In this document: positions 1 to 12,099 of the stretch, in pieces | Layout: every line of letters starts with the position of its first letter | Position numbering within the stretch: the first letter of the stretch is position 1 | Source: Anthoceros angustus | Lineage: Eukaryota > Plantae > Anthocerotophyta | Direction of reading: 5' to 3' | Assembly (NCBI GenBank): GCA_010909165.1 | Contig: MU008153.1 | Span: 124,001 to 188,000 of the forward strand | DNA length: 64,000 bases | Notes under the pieces: model-generated | The model's database searches: none | Seen by the model: only the letters and a program-made list of their open reading frames with translations | What the model was told of the DNA's origin: nothing | Position numbers and translations under genes: made by a program

Positions 1-186
1 TGGTAGTTAGTGAGAATCTTGTAAGGCTTGAGCGCACAGCCGCTCGAGACTTCATGACTCAACATGGACTTCAAATGTTATGAAGGGGCTAAGCGTTGCC
101 CAATTGGCTATGCTTTGATCTATGGCACCTGATTGGTAAGCCATATGGTGGGGCTTATCATGTGATTGGTGTCGTGTCGACTTTAA

Positions 187-420
187 TGAAACTCATATGG
201 TAGCTTTCATTAGGCTACAAGCCTTGTTCATCGGTGGAATCAAACGGGGAAGCACACAAGGGCGGAAGATACATTCATTCAATTACTCAAGAAAGAGAAC
301 AATGGAGTTTATGTACAGCAAGTGAGATAACTAACTAAAGTTGTTTTGATAACTATCCGAACTACCTGAACGGATATAACTGGTAAGTAGATCCTGACTA
401 CTAGACCAATAATTTTTACA
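187..420 (-). repeat. 3' LTR of Copia A
   Basis: TG...CA bounded and adjacent to the PPT. Near-identical copies at 24700-24925 and 27582-27855. Confidence 0.8.
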
Positions 421-937
421 CTCCCTCTTAGTGAGTCATAGGGATCAAAATCAGCACATGGACTGATTCGATCCATAATTGCACGATAACTTCACACTCC
501 AAACGAGCGGTTGAAAACACATGCATAAGAAACACCAAAGGGAATCTTTCGGACACGCCTAGTCATGGGCAGTACTCCCTCCATCAACTACGCTCCACTA
601 CCTCTGCTACAAAACTTGAGATGGCAACATTTGATGTCGTGGAACTTGCCTTGGTTGTTGTTGTTTGTGTGCGCCTTCGCATCCTGGTGTGCTTAGGTTT
701 GCAAGACAAGATCCCACTTGATGAGTAGATGGATGGACGGCTAGGCTGGTGAGCAACTCCTTAGAGTCTGCAGCTAGAATATCAATGGCCCCCTGGCTAG
801 AGTGTGCTTTTCATGTAGTACCTAGGGAGCTTTATATTGGGCGGGCTATAGTCGGTGCAAATCTTTCAAGAAACTACGAACCCAAAAACTCCTTAGGTGC
901 ACGAGTCATTGCCCCATATGCGGCTTCCGTTGAAGAT

Positions 938-1110
938 AGGTGCTCGACTTCTTTGATGACCACGAAGCGAGTCATCCCAAGAAACATACAATAGGTAGGT
1001 GCTCGACTTCTTTGATGACCACGAAGCAGTCATCCCAAGAAACATACAATAGGCAGGCTGGTGTTTCACTTGATGACCACGAACAGAGTCATCCCAAGAA
1101 ACATACAATA
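938..1110. repeat. Three tandem ~58-bp units duplicating the start of Copia A RNase H
   Basis: Unit aggtgctcgacttctttgatgaccacgaagc(g)agtcatcccaagaaacatacaat; the minus strand encodes CMFLGMT..WSSKK. Also three units at about 25440-25606. Confidence 0.85.
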
Positions 1111-2967
1111 AGCGTACACTCTTCCTTGTCCACAAGGTCTCTTGCCAGTCGGCGAGGGTGGGAGTTGAGATCACCAAGAGTCTTACCGAACGGAGTCCTT
1201 TCCTTGGAGAGCCCTTCAAGTATCTAAAGATTAACTTCTCTGGCCAATGGGCAAGCCTTGGGTTTTCTAGAAATTGGCTAAAAGTACCAACAGCTCGGTG
1301 ATATCTAATCTAGTCCGGTTTGACAAGTAAATGAGGGACCCCACTGTCTATATGGTTTAGAAGCCATTTTCACCCCGACCAGTCTAAGACACCTCAAGGG
1401 GTAGCTTGTCATCTATACTCATTGGCATTGATACAGACGGGCGTCTACCACATTAAACCTTCGCAGTCGCAAAGTGTGCTTGATGAATGTCAATGGTCTT
1501 ATCTTTGCTATTAAAATGGAACCAAATACGAGGAAAGGTAAGTTGCCCTAGGTCATTCATCTCAAATCAAACTTGGTAAGTAAGATCTTCTTAATCCTGT
1601 CAATCAGTGTTGCTGAGGTACTAAACAGGATGTTGTTATCCACATAAACAGCCAGGATTAGAAAGTCTACTCCTTCACTTAGCAAGAACACATTGTTGTC
1701 AACGTCCATACGAATGAAGCCTACCTCTATAAGGAGTTGATGGAATACCTCATTCCGTGCTCTCAAGGATCGCTTCAGGCCATAACGTGTTTTAAGCAAC
1801 TTACACACTTTGTCCTCATCAACAATGAAGCCCTCAGGTTGACACATGTAAATCTCCCCCTCTAGCAGGCCATTCAGAAAAGTGGTCTTCACATCCAGTT
1901 GATGCACTAGTAGGTTGTAGTGGGCAGTTAGTGCAAGGAGGATTCGGAGAGAATTGGATTTGACAACGGTGAAAAGGTTTCGTTATAGTCTAGACCACGG
2001 ACTTGGTTGTAGCCCTTGGTAACAAGGGGCGTTACTATCGGCCAGCAAGATTTAGCTTCTTCTTGAAGACCCTCTTGCATGCTATTGGCTTCCTTCTAGG
2101 AGGTAAGGTGACAAGTTTCTAGCTGTTATTCCGAATGAGGGAATTGTATTCTGAATCTATTGCTACTTTCCAAAAGGAAGATTCAGGTCCCTCTATGGCT
2201 TCCTTATAGGTAGCGGGTTCTCCTAAGGACTGTGCAACACTCAAAGCTATGTCTTGGGAGAACTGAGTAGTCTGAGTACCTATGAAGTCACCTTGCCACT
2301 TCCATTGATGGATAGTTCTACGTGCCCTCTCGGAGCAACGCAACTCAAGTGGATCAGGTTGAAGAGGGGGATCGTCTTCTATGGGTCCAATGACCATTGG
2401 TTTTGGCTTTGGCTTTGGCTTTGGCTTTGGCTTTGGCTGAAGCTGCACATGTGCATCAAGATCAGAAGCAGTAAGATCATCATTATGGCCTGGAACATCA
2501 GCAGGTAAAAGTGGTACAGGTGGTCCAGGCGCCCCCTCTGAAACCATGGAAGACGAGCCGTCATCATCAAAAATGGAGGCAAATTTATCAGCCTCTGAAA
2601 TAAGTGAATCCACACGAAAGATGGTCCAAGGGGAAGGTTCAGCAGTTGGAAGGACAGCTGCAAAGTGGCGTTCAAGAAGCATTGTTTCATGAAAAATCAC
2701 GCTGCGAGCAATGGTCAATTGACAGGTAGCAGGGTCGAAAAGTTTGTAACCTTTGACATCTTCAGAGTAGCCCACAAAAATGTGACGAGTGGCTTTGGGA
2801 TCCAACTTGCTGCAAAGAGTTGAAGGGACATGAGCATAAGCAGGTGAACCAAATATTCGCAGATGCGTCACTCGTGGCTTGTTTCCAGTCCTCTGTTCAT
2901 AAGGAGTAATTGGCCCCAGTTCCTTTGTGGGTAAACGGTTTTGCACATAGTTGGCTTCCATCAAAGC

Positions 2968-3169
2968 TGTTACAGATAATAATAATACATTACTTATCTT
3001 ACATTGGGTAATACCTAATATGATGGTAAACCCTAATGACTGTAGTTAGTTGTAACCGATTCACGGGTCCAGGACATATGTTCATGGTTCCCCTTTTGTT
3101 GAATCGCTTTTGTTCATCATTGTCAGAGTGTGAGGATCGATCGTCGGTGCATCGGCATGTAACTTCACA
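2968..3169 (+). repeat. 5' LTR of Copia B
   Basis: TG...CA ends, followed directly by the PBS. Confidence 0.93.
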
Positions 3170-3181
3170 TGGTATCGAGCC
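3170..3181 (+). promoter_or_regulatory. tRNA-iMet-type primer binding site of Copia B
   Basis: TGGTATCGAGCC, one base short of the canonical TGGTATCAGAGC, directly after the LTR. Confidence 0.85.
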
Positions 3182-3814
3182 GTAAGGCTGTGCACAATTC
3201 TTGTATATATGGCGATGCTCACTAGTGATCTCTTAGAAATTCAAGAGTCCTTTGCCAAAATTGCTAAGTAACCCTAAAGTACTCTGGAAGGATGCCTCGC
3301 AGGAATTCCTGCAGGCAATCCTGGCCAGAGACTGAAGGAAGAGGGGCGCATCAATTGTCAGAGATAGAGTTTGATCGGAAGTACTTCAAGAAATCAGTTT
3401 CCGCTGCTGAAAGAGAAGATCGCGTTAAGTTTCTAAGCACCTTTCTCAATTCTCTGGCTACGGCATCAAACAGCCATAGTTGTGCAACATCTGTGAAAGT
3501 TGAACCCAAAGAGAAAGAGGTTCAGTTTCATCGCCATTCAGATACAGAATATACGAAGAAATCCAAGCCCTATCCTGAGACATTTACAAAGCATGAAGTC
3601 ATTCGAATTCCATTCTAAATATCAAAAGCACAGTGCTGGAGTATACCACCAGAATTGACAACGTGCTATCCAGGCAGGAGAGGCTTGAGAATCTTCGCAT
3701 TTCAGATCTGATGACCATGGCAAAGCAGGAGCAGGAGATTAATTGTCTCAGGGAGCAACTCGCTCACCTGACCAAAGGATCTCAGTAATTCTGTCAAGAC
3801 TGCTCGCAGGCACA

Positions 3815-4245
3815 ATGTCGGGGGCCAATGCTGATACAACGTCAGATAGGTTACAAGATAAGGACAGACTTACCCCAAATAATTACGATGCCTGGAGTTT
3901 CAGGGTGCGCTGCATCCTAGAAGAAAAACTGCTCATGGATATAGTAGATGGCAAAGTACCCAAGAAGATTGCTGGACAGTCCAGGAGTAACAACACCAGG
4001 AGGCACTGCTTGGGATCGATGCGAGTAACAACACCGAGGAGGCACATGCGTGGACTATCCGATCGGGTAACAACACCGGGAGGCCTGATTGAGTGGAACC
4101 TCAAGGATGAATTAGAGTGGGCGTTCAAAGGCGAGGAAGGCACGTACCATACTTGTGTCTTCTCTCACGGAGATGATTCCTCACATAAAAGCTACAGCCT
4201 CAAACGAAGTCTCGGTCACTTTTATCTCGAAACTCGAGCCATCTT
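3815..4245 (+). pseudogene. Copia B gag N-terminus, truncated by the Gypsy LTR
   Basis: RLTPNNYDAWSFRVRCILEEKLLMDIVDG is a Copia gag N-terminal motif. Three GVTTP-like repeats lie at about 3985-4090. The sequence breaks off at 4245. Confidence 0.8.
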
Positions 4246-4959
4246 GATTAATTAGGCTAGCTAATTAATTAACCTAGGTAATCAGGCCGATTAATTAGGC
4301 TAGCTAATTAATTAACCTAGGTAATCGGCCGATTATTAAATAACCAATCCGAATTAGGCGGGCATGAAACGTATGGGTTCGTTTAGGGCTCGGGAGCGAG
4401 GCGTGAAGGGCAAACGATGATGCCGGATGATGACGAACGTGAGGATGGGCAGCTCGGGCATTATTACGCAAGATGGTCGTGAGGTTGCGGCGTGGGGCGG
4501 CATGGCGCCGACGGTATGGAGTGAGACCGCGGCAGCGGCCGAGCAAGTGCGAGATAAGTACCGATGCGGGCTTAGCAGTAGTTGTCGAAGTTCTCAAGTA
4601 GACTGGCGCGCTGCTGCTTGACCTTCCCGTAGCCGGCTAGGGGACATAAGATATGCCGTGATTTCTCGAATCGGAGCAAGTCGTGAGCGTCATGTCGTGT
4701 GTGTGGTCCGAGTGTGTCGTGTTGATGCCGGGCCGAGGACTTACCGCAACTCACCGAACTGGTTTGTTAGGGCGGTGTGCTCAAGATCCGGTGTTTCGAG
4801 TTGGTCGATCCGCCGCGCCCGTAGGTGTTGTGAAACCGAGATTGGCCACGGTGGTTCACCGTTCGCGATTTTGCCCAAACACTGGTTTTGAGTGAACAAG
4901 ACACATTAGCGCTCCTTGCAGCGCGACGATGTTTCTTTCGTATGGTTTTACTTCTGACA
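4245..4959 (+). repeat. 5' LTR of the Gypsy-DNMT element (3' end uncertain, 4949-4959)
   Basis: About 700 bp homologous to 13727-14389. CpG-rich, with an AT-rich palindromic head (taattaggctagctaatta, acctaggt) that is duplicated in this copy. Confidence 0.8.
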
Positions 4960-5267
4960 ACTACTTTCTCGAAACTTGCTGCCATCGGCTTGGTGTGCTG
5001 CAGGAGTTGTTGTGTGCACAAAGATCTACCTGTCCCGATTCATGGGCATCATGGTGTGGACCTAACGTGCTACAGTTTGTGAGCTAAGGGAGTGACAGGA
5101 TACTCACCGGCCGAGTGTCCGTGGAGGGTGGTACACCTATCTCCTCGAGCTCACAGGTGTTCTAGCAAGGAGTCGTGGTCAAGTCGCAGCACAAATTTTT
5201 GTGTCATGCTCTTCCTTTCCTAACCTCCTGTTAATTACCGACTTTGTTACTTTTGCATGGGCTATAT

Positions 5268-7072
5268 ATGTCATCTGATGGGAGCGATGAGGAGCCAGCC
5301 TACCGTTTGAGGAGCAGGACTGTACCACAGCGGCCTTGGGTCCCACAGCGGAGAGCACGACGTCAACGGACTGTGAGGCTTGGTTCACCTGAGTTAGGAC
5401 TGGTTGAGGAGCCGACTGTCTGTCATCCTCCACCTCCTGGCCAGAGTACCACGGGCCGTAGTACTGCTAGTAGTGTCCGGTCTGAAGCGAGGAGTGAGTT
5501 GGTCACCTCTATCGACCATTGTTCAGATCGTGAGTGGAGCTACCGATTCGAGGAGGAAGAGTCTGGAAGTCGATACCATGGAAGGATCCGAGGCTGCTCA
5601 CAAGTCCGAAGTTTTCGGTAGACCGTGGACGCAGACTCTTAGGGACTTCAAACTGTGGTTTTTAACTAGTCGCGTCAGGTTTAAGCGTGGAGCCGCCTAC
5701 ACTCATCGGTACATGTTTGAACAGCTGCCTGGGTATCTAGCGGATGAGGCCCTGGATCTGTTTGAGATTCATGCACCAGAAATGTTGGCAGTAGTAGAGA
5801 AGCCTAACCCTGCCTACGCAGCGGCTCTGCAAGTGGCATACGACAGTTTGATGGCCGCTGATCGCATCAAGCGGGGATTGCGGTGGCACAATTGCGTTCT
5901 CCCCACCACCCACAGGAACATGACTCCACAGGAGATGGCTATCGCTACCATGCCGTTCGATATGTTAGATGTGCCCAATCATGACAACCTCAGAGAAGAC
6001 TTCTTTGCAATTTTGGATAAGGCCTTCCCAACCAAGACCCCGAGAAAATTGCCGAGCTTGCACTTTGCGCAAGAAGGGTGAAATAAAGATGATGGCCTTT
6101 AGGCGATTACAGAAATTGAGGGATGGCACGGGTATGTTGACTGACCAGGAGGCGGCACAGAAGTTCTTGGCTGCCTTGGAAACTGACCCCATGTTTCATT
6201 ATCAGCTCTTTACTACGTTGGTTGACAAGTATGGGGACAACTACACACTGGATCAGGTCTATCGGGAAGCGGAGAAGAAGGAGTTGGCCTTCTCAGCGTA
6301 TGCTTCCCAGCATACCAAGGCTTTCCACCATTACCAGCAAATGTTTTCAGGGAAGGGTAGTTCAGTAACAACGCAGAGTGCTGTCAACAAGGGCAAGGAG
6401 TCCAAGCCCAAGGCCGGAGCGCCATCCACCACACTTTGTAACAGTGTGGCGGTCGAACACCTTTTGCCTCGCATGACACTTGACTCCTTACACTGCGCTC
6501 ATTGCAAGAAACCAGGTCACGTGGAGGCAGTTTGTTTTTCAAAGTATCCGGAGCGGCGACCTTGGAAAACAGGGATAGACTCTAGTGCCGCCACTAAGCC
6601 TACCATCACTATTGAATCGGAGCAACCGGCATGTGGAGTGCCTCAGAGGCCAGGAGGAAATCACATCGAGAAGAGCCAAGTCAAGCGCGACAAGGCTAAG
6701 CAAAAGGCTGCTGCTCAAATGACTGCCCTGGAGACAGCCATGGCTGCACTGACTACCCAGGTCAGCACTTTGGCGGCAAGCTTGAATGCTGCTAAGCCTG
6801 CCAATGCTATGGAACTTGTAACTGCCGGGACATCAGACGATCTTGGTGAAGATTATGGGCCAGTCATGGAGGCTTATGCAACACACAAGGAGCAGTCCAA
6901 GGCTGAACCATTGCATGGCAAAGGTCTAAGCGAGTTGATTCGTCCGGTCGGTACCACACAAACTGGTGGTCACCTCTTAGACGCATCACCGCCACCACAC
7001 GCCGCCAAGGAGCTAGAGCCGCAATGCCCAGTCTTTCCAAAGAACTTCCATCGAGTCCAAAGATACCAGTGA
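5268..7072 (+). CDS. gag: Gypsy Gag with CCHC zinc knuckle (frameshifted across ORFs 5244-5621, 5404-6081, 5969-7072)
   Basis: Helical gag core, then CAHCKKPGHVEAVC zinc knuckle and a coiled segment. Confidence 0.8.
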
Positions 7073-7380
7073 GAGGGTCAGATCATCTACCTAAAGGGGA
7101 TCAAGAGGAGCAAAGGACTGACCAGGTTCCTAGCCAGTATCACAAGCTAGACACACACAAGTCTGAACAGGCTGCTCGATTGCTGACCATGGTGTTAACG
7201 CGCAAGGAGTTGTTGAAGAGGGTGTACACGGCACCCTTGCTCAGCCTACAGGATGTAGGAATTGAAGAGGCTAACTTGGACACCATGCTGCAGTCTCCAC
7301 AGGCTGAGGTACTGTTGGCTGATGATTGCAACAGCCATCATGGTCAGACTGGGCTGGATTCACTTGTTTCCGGCAAGACC

Positions 7381-8700
7381 GTGCCCAATCATGACAACCT
7401 CAGAAGACTTCTTTGCAATTTTGGATAAGGCCTTCCCAACCAAGACCCCGAGAAAATTGCCGAGCTTGCACCTTTTGCGCAAGAAGGGTGAAACAGATGA
7501 TGGCCTTTAGGCGATTACGTAAATTGAGGGATGGCACGGGTATGTTGATCGACGAGGCGGCAAGGTTCTTGCCTTGAAACAACCCATGTTTCATTATCGA
7601 CTCTTTACTACGTTGGTTGACAAGTATGGGGACAACTACACCGGATCAGTCTGGAAGCGGAGAAGAAGGAGTTGGCCTTCTCGGTATGCTTCCCAAAGAT
7701 ACCAAGGCTTTCCACCATTACCAAAGAATGTTTTCGTGAAGGGTAGTTCAAGAATAACGCAGAAAGTGTCGTCAACAAGGGCAAGGAGTCCAAGCCAGGC
7801 CATCACCACACTTTGTAACAGTGTGGCGGTTGAACACCTTTGCCCGCATGTGATTTAGTGTCGACTCCTTAATCGCTCATTGCAAGAAACCAGTCACGTG
7901 GAGGCGCTTTGTTTTTCAAAGTATCCGAGCGACCTTGGAAAACAGGATAGACTCTAGTGCCGCCACTAAGCCTACCATTACTATTGAAGGAGCAACTGGC
8001 ACAGTGGAGTGCCTCGGCAGAGCCACAGGGAGGAAATCACGAAGAGCCAAGTCAAGCGCGACAAGGCTGGCTGCTCAAATGATCGCCTGAGACAGCCATG
8101 GTCGACCGACTACCAGTCAGCACTTTGGCGGCAAGCTTGAATGTGCTAAGCTAAGCCCGCCAATGCTATGGAACTTGTAGCCGGGACATCGACGATCTTG
8201 GTGAAGATTATGGGCCACCATGGAGGCTTATGCAACACACAAGGAGCGGTCAAGGCTGAACCATTGCATGGCAAAGGTCTAAGGCGAGTTGATTCGCCCA
8301 GGCTGATGCAGTTACTACAAAACCCGGGTCACCTCTTAGACGACCGCACATCAAGAAGGAGCTAGAGCCGCAATGCCTGTGTCTTTCCAAAGAACTTCCA
8401 TCGAGTCCAAAGATACCGGAGAGGGTCGATCATCTACCTAAAGGGGATCAAGAGGAGCAAAGGAACGGGTTCCTAGCCGTGAGCTAGACACACACAAGTA
8501 ACAGCCGCTCGATTGCGACCATGGTGTTAACGCGCAAGGAGTTGTTGAAGAGGGTGTACACGGCACCTTGCTCAAATTTACGTGATGTAGGAATTGAAGA
8601 GGCTAACTTGGACACCATGCCGCAGTCTCCACAGTCGATCGCTATCGATGATTGCAATGCCCATCATGGTCGACCGGGCTGGATTCACTTGTTTCCGCAA
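7381..8700 (+). repeat. Noisy tandem re-copy of 5971-7375 (gag 3' half)
   Basis: Collinear with the first copy but full of single-base indels; probably an assembly artefact. Confidence 0.8.
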
Positions 8701-8819
8701 GGCTGTGCACAATTGGCTTGGGAAAGTCGGTCTACCAATCGTGACCCACAAATCGCGCAAGGCCACGTAAGTAACGTGCTTGTGGACAATCGGGCTAGCC
8801 ATGTCCGGTAAATGGATTT

Positions 8820-9080
8820 GCACCCAGGTGTGTTGTTGGACACGGGGAGCAGCCGATGATCATAGGGAAGGTTGCTGAGGCTGCGGCTAGAAAGTGCGTT
8901 GAAGCCTTCCCCATGGAACATTCGACTGGGGCTTGAGCTGTGAAAGGGGAAATTCCAACCAAATAAGATCACTTTGAAGCCCAACACAGATGAGGTGAGC
9001 TTGGCGGTCGTTGTCTAGTCACGGTGCCACCAATTATGACATCCTGTTGGACAGAATTGCTTCCGTGAGTCTCAATTGAC
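8820..9080 (+). CDS. Gypsy aspartic protease (frameshifted)
   Basis: GVLLDTGS at about 8827-8850 and ATNYDILL at about 9025-9050. Confidence 0.7.
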
Positions 9081-9504
9081 AATCGAGAAGGCCTTTTTAG
9101 GCCGATTTGGGGGGGAAGTTGCCTACCTACCTTGGATTTGCATGGGTCACAGCATGAGGCTACTGGTGGAAAGACAGGCCTGTATGGTGCAGATCCAGCC
9201 TTGGGGGGATGGGCCAGTTCCCCTATTACCACCAGATTATCGCGCTCAAGCATGGTTAGATGAGTGTGGAGAGGATGAGGACATCCTCTCACATGCTCAT
9301 GAGGGAGATGTGTTGGGAACACAGCTGTCCTCTCAGGTCTCAGTATCCAGCCATTCTGAGCCTCCCATAGCCAGCAAGGAGCGCATGCAGCAAGCTCAAG
9401 AAACAGTTGCTCGTGTTATGCAAGTGCTGCAGAAAACCTTCATGCACAAATGTGGGAGGGAGCACATGTTTCCCCATTCAACGATGTGATTACTTGGCTA
9501 CCTT

Positions 9505-10395
9505 CATCACGAGGTATTACCTTGGTGGAGGTTGGGGCCTATGTCGGTCTTGAGGCGGTCTTGAGGTGTGGCATCACGGTCTTGAGTACATCTCGTGATG
9601 TTTGTCCAGCTGTTAGGCATATTGCCGCACATCGGTGCACTGCTGCAGCAGTAGCTTCAAAGAATTTTCCAGGTGCGAAGAGCATGTTTGACACTCTCCC
9701 ACGTAATATGATTACATCCGGCAAGCACACGTTCAAGCCCTTGGGCATGTGGATTTCTTGATTGCGAGATAAGTGCAAGGCCTATCCCAAGCCGGAAAGG
9801 AGCGAGGTTGCAAGATAACCGTTCGAGGCTTATTTAGGATCCGTGCAAGTACTGCTGTGGATCAACATCCTCAAGTGGCTTATCTGCTGGAGAACACACC
9901 AGCCCAATTGGATGCTCGGCCACAACTGCGCCAAGACATGGCTGTGATCCAACACATCATTGGACCTCCCTTCACCATGGATGCAGCTCAGGTGGGCAGC
10001 TATGCTCACAGACTCAGGAATTATTGGACCAATTTGGTCCCCTTACCTATCCTGCACTTGGCTTTACAGCAACAGCAGCGGGAGCCCACCCGTCTCCTAC
10101 AGGATGTCCTGGATGACAATCATACTCCCAAGCCTGTTGCAGCCAAGGAGAGAGCCCCTTGGTTTCCTACCAACACACCTGGCCAGCCAAGGAGAACTCG
10201 CCCACGTGGTCACTATCCCGGCTCCTATGCTTATAGGAATAACGGTCTGGTATGCTTTTTAATGAAGATACCAAGGTGTGGGAGGAACCTACAGTGGAGG
10301 AGAGGGAACGGTGATGGGTCTCCACACCCACAAAGACGGCCGCACCCAAGGCTTCTGTGGCTCGAGGTTTGCAGCACTTGGCCGTGCCATGGATG
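9505..10395 (+). CDS. C5 DNA-cytosine methyltransferase domain inside Gypsy Pol (frameshifted)
   Basis: Conserved C5-MTase motifs in order: I-like (GITLVE..G...GLEAVLRCG), II-like (DVCP), IV (DFLIA..C/QGLSQAG, TGC at 9774-9776), VI (YLLENT), VIII (DAAQVGSYAHRLRNYWTNL), IX (PTVEERER.MG), X (RFAALGRAMDV). Confidence 0.87.
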
Positions 10396-10649
10396 TCGGT
10401 GACCGGCCGGGTCACCTTTGCTTGGCTTTCGATGCTCACGGACCTCGAGGCGCGGACCCACCGCTCATACCAAGATTTTTCTTGTCATCCCGATGTCGCT
10501 TCACTTGCCATTCTCGCTTACATCGGTCCTATCACCGACGCAATGGGGTGGAGCACATGTTTCCCAAACTGTTGTTTACCTTGATGGATCTAGGACCGAT
10601 CGCCAACGGCCGCCAAGACTTCACCTACCATGGAAACTTTTGGTTGGAC

Positions 10650-11900
10650 CATGGGTCCTCACCGATTGTGGGCGAGGCACAGATACGGGCTTTGCTTTTA
10701 CAATACTCAGATTGTTTTGCTTTCAAAGATGAAGGATTTGAAGAGGTGCAATGTCATGACCTTGATTAAGCTCAACACCATCGAGCCTATCTACAGCGCA
10801 GAGCAGTTGAGCTGAATGGAAACTGGACGCCGCTGTGGAGTTGTATAAGGTGGGCTAATTAGGCCCTCTAGTTCGACACGCATGCCTCTTCCACCTAAGA
10901 AGGACAATGGCTTTGGACCGAAAACGAATGTGTGGGGACTATCGTCCCATCAATGCGGCAACAGCCTACGGATAGGTATCCTATGCCTACACCGGAGGAG
11001 TTGTTTGATGATTGCGCCTAAGTTCTTTTCTACCGGACTGCGATGTGGCTTCAATCGTGCCGTGGCGAGGAGGACATTCCCAAGATAAGCTTTCATGGAG
11101 CCCACCGTGGAGTGGCTGGTCATGCCTTTTGGGTTCAAGAATGCACCAGTGACTTTCCAAAGAGTCATGGACAAGGTACTGGCAGGGGCGCCTCATCTTT
11201 TGTGTTACATAGATGATGTATTGGTCCATAGTGTGGACTTTGACACTCATCTGATGCATCTGGAGGATTTGTTCTAGAGGCTGCAAAAGGCCCAGCTAAC
11301 ATGTCATCCAGCCAAGTGTGAATTTGCCATGGACACAGTTGCATATCTTGGGCATCGGATTCTGCCAGATGGCATAACACCACATCTTGCTAAGGTGCGG
11401 CCATCCAATGATCCAAGCCCCAACTAATGTGCTCTTAGGGCTTTTTAGGGTTGTGCAATTACTATAGGGTCTATGTTCAGGCCTTTAGCAGCATTGCTAA
11501 GCCCTTGAATGATCTGTTGCGCAAGGAGACAGCCTGGGATTGGACAGAAAGTTGTCAAGCTGCGTTTGAGGGCTTGAAGAGCAAGCTGAGGCAAATGCCA
11601 GTCATGGCCATACCTGATTTTTCCAAGCCTTTTGTCCTCCATACTGGAGCATTTTTGGCTGGGTAGCACAAGTGGATGTCAAGGTCGAGAGGGTCATTGC
11701 CTATGCTTCAAGAAGCAACAGATGAAGCAAATTACTCCAGCTATGAAGGGAGTTGCTTGCACTGTGGGCTATCGCCATTTTCGCCTTATCTGTATGGGCG
11801 AATGTTTACTTGGTATTGCACCATCCTTGAAATGGGCGATGTCTAATACGGCTTAGTGGGAAACTCGCAAGGTGGGCAATGATTCTTGAGGACTATGAGT
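10650..11900 (+). CDS. Gypsy reverse transcriptase and RNase H (frameshifted)
   Basis: CGDYRP, RYPMPTPEELFD, WLVMPFGFKNAPVTFQRVMD, CYIDDVLVHS, CNYYRVYVQAFSSIAKPLNDLLRK, PDFSKPFVLHT. Confidence 0.93.
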
Positions 11901-12099
11901 TTGAGGTGGTCCATCGGCACGGAACCAAGCACGATCGGAATCCTGCCACGCAACCACAGAGTAGCGAGGACAACACGGCTCGCCAGACGGTGACATGGAG
12001 GAAACTCCTAATGCTGCAGCTTTGGTGACCATGCTTTGCGTGGTACAGGTCTGTGCTAACAGCCGTTTTCAGCCACACAAGGATGTGTGGAGTGATGAA

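Larger units (their letters stand above)
187..2967 (-). mobile_element. Ty1/Copia element A, 3' part (integrase C-terminus, RT, RNase H, PPT, 3' LTR); degenerate
   Basis: ORF 1557-1907 has the Copia RT motif [28 protein letters not shown] 2119-2964 has the integrase C-terminal motifs LRIFGSPAYAHVP, KLDPKA and FVGYSE. RNase H start WSSKK lies near 950-1110. A PPT (AGAGGGAG on minus) lies at 421-428. Confidence 0.92.

Noticed and set aside
2397-2437. PK-repeat protein segment
   Set aside because: A (TTGGCT)n microsatellite in the variable linker of a decayed Copia pol.
7381-8700. Biological gag duplication
   Set aside because: The second copy differs mostly by scattered single-base indels typical of unpolished long reads.
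9505-10395. Host DRM/DNMT3 gene or an independently inserted methyltransferase gene
   Set aside because: Intronless in an intron-rich genome, co-oriented with pol and placed between protease and RT; no UBA, PWWP or own promoter/TSD seen.
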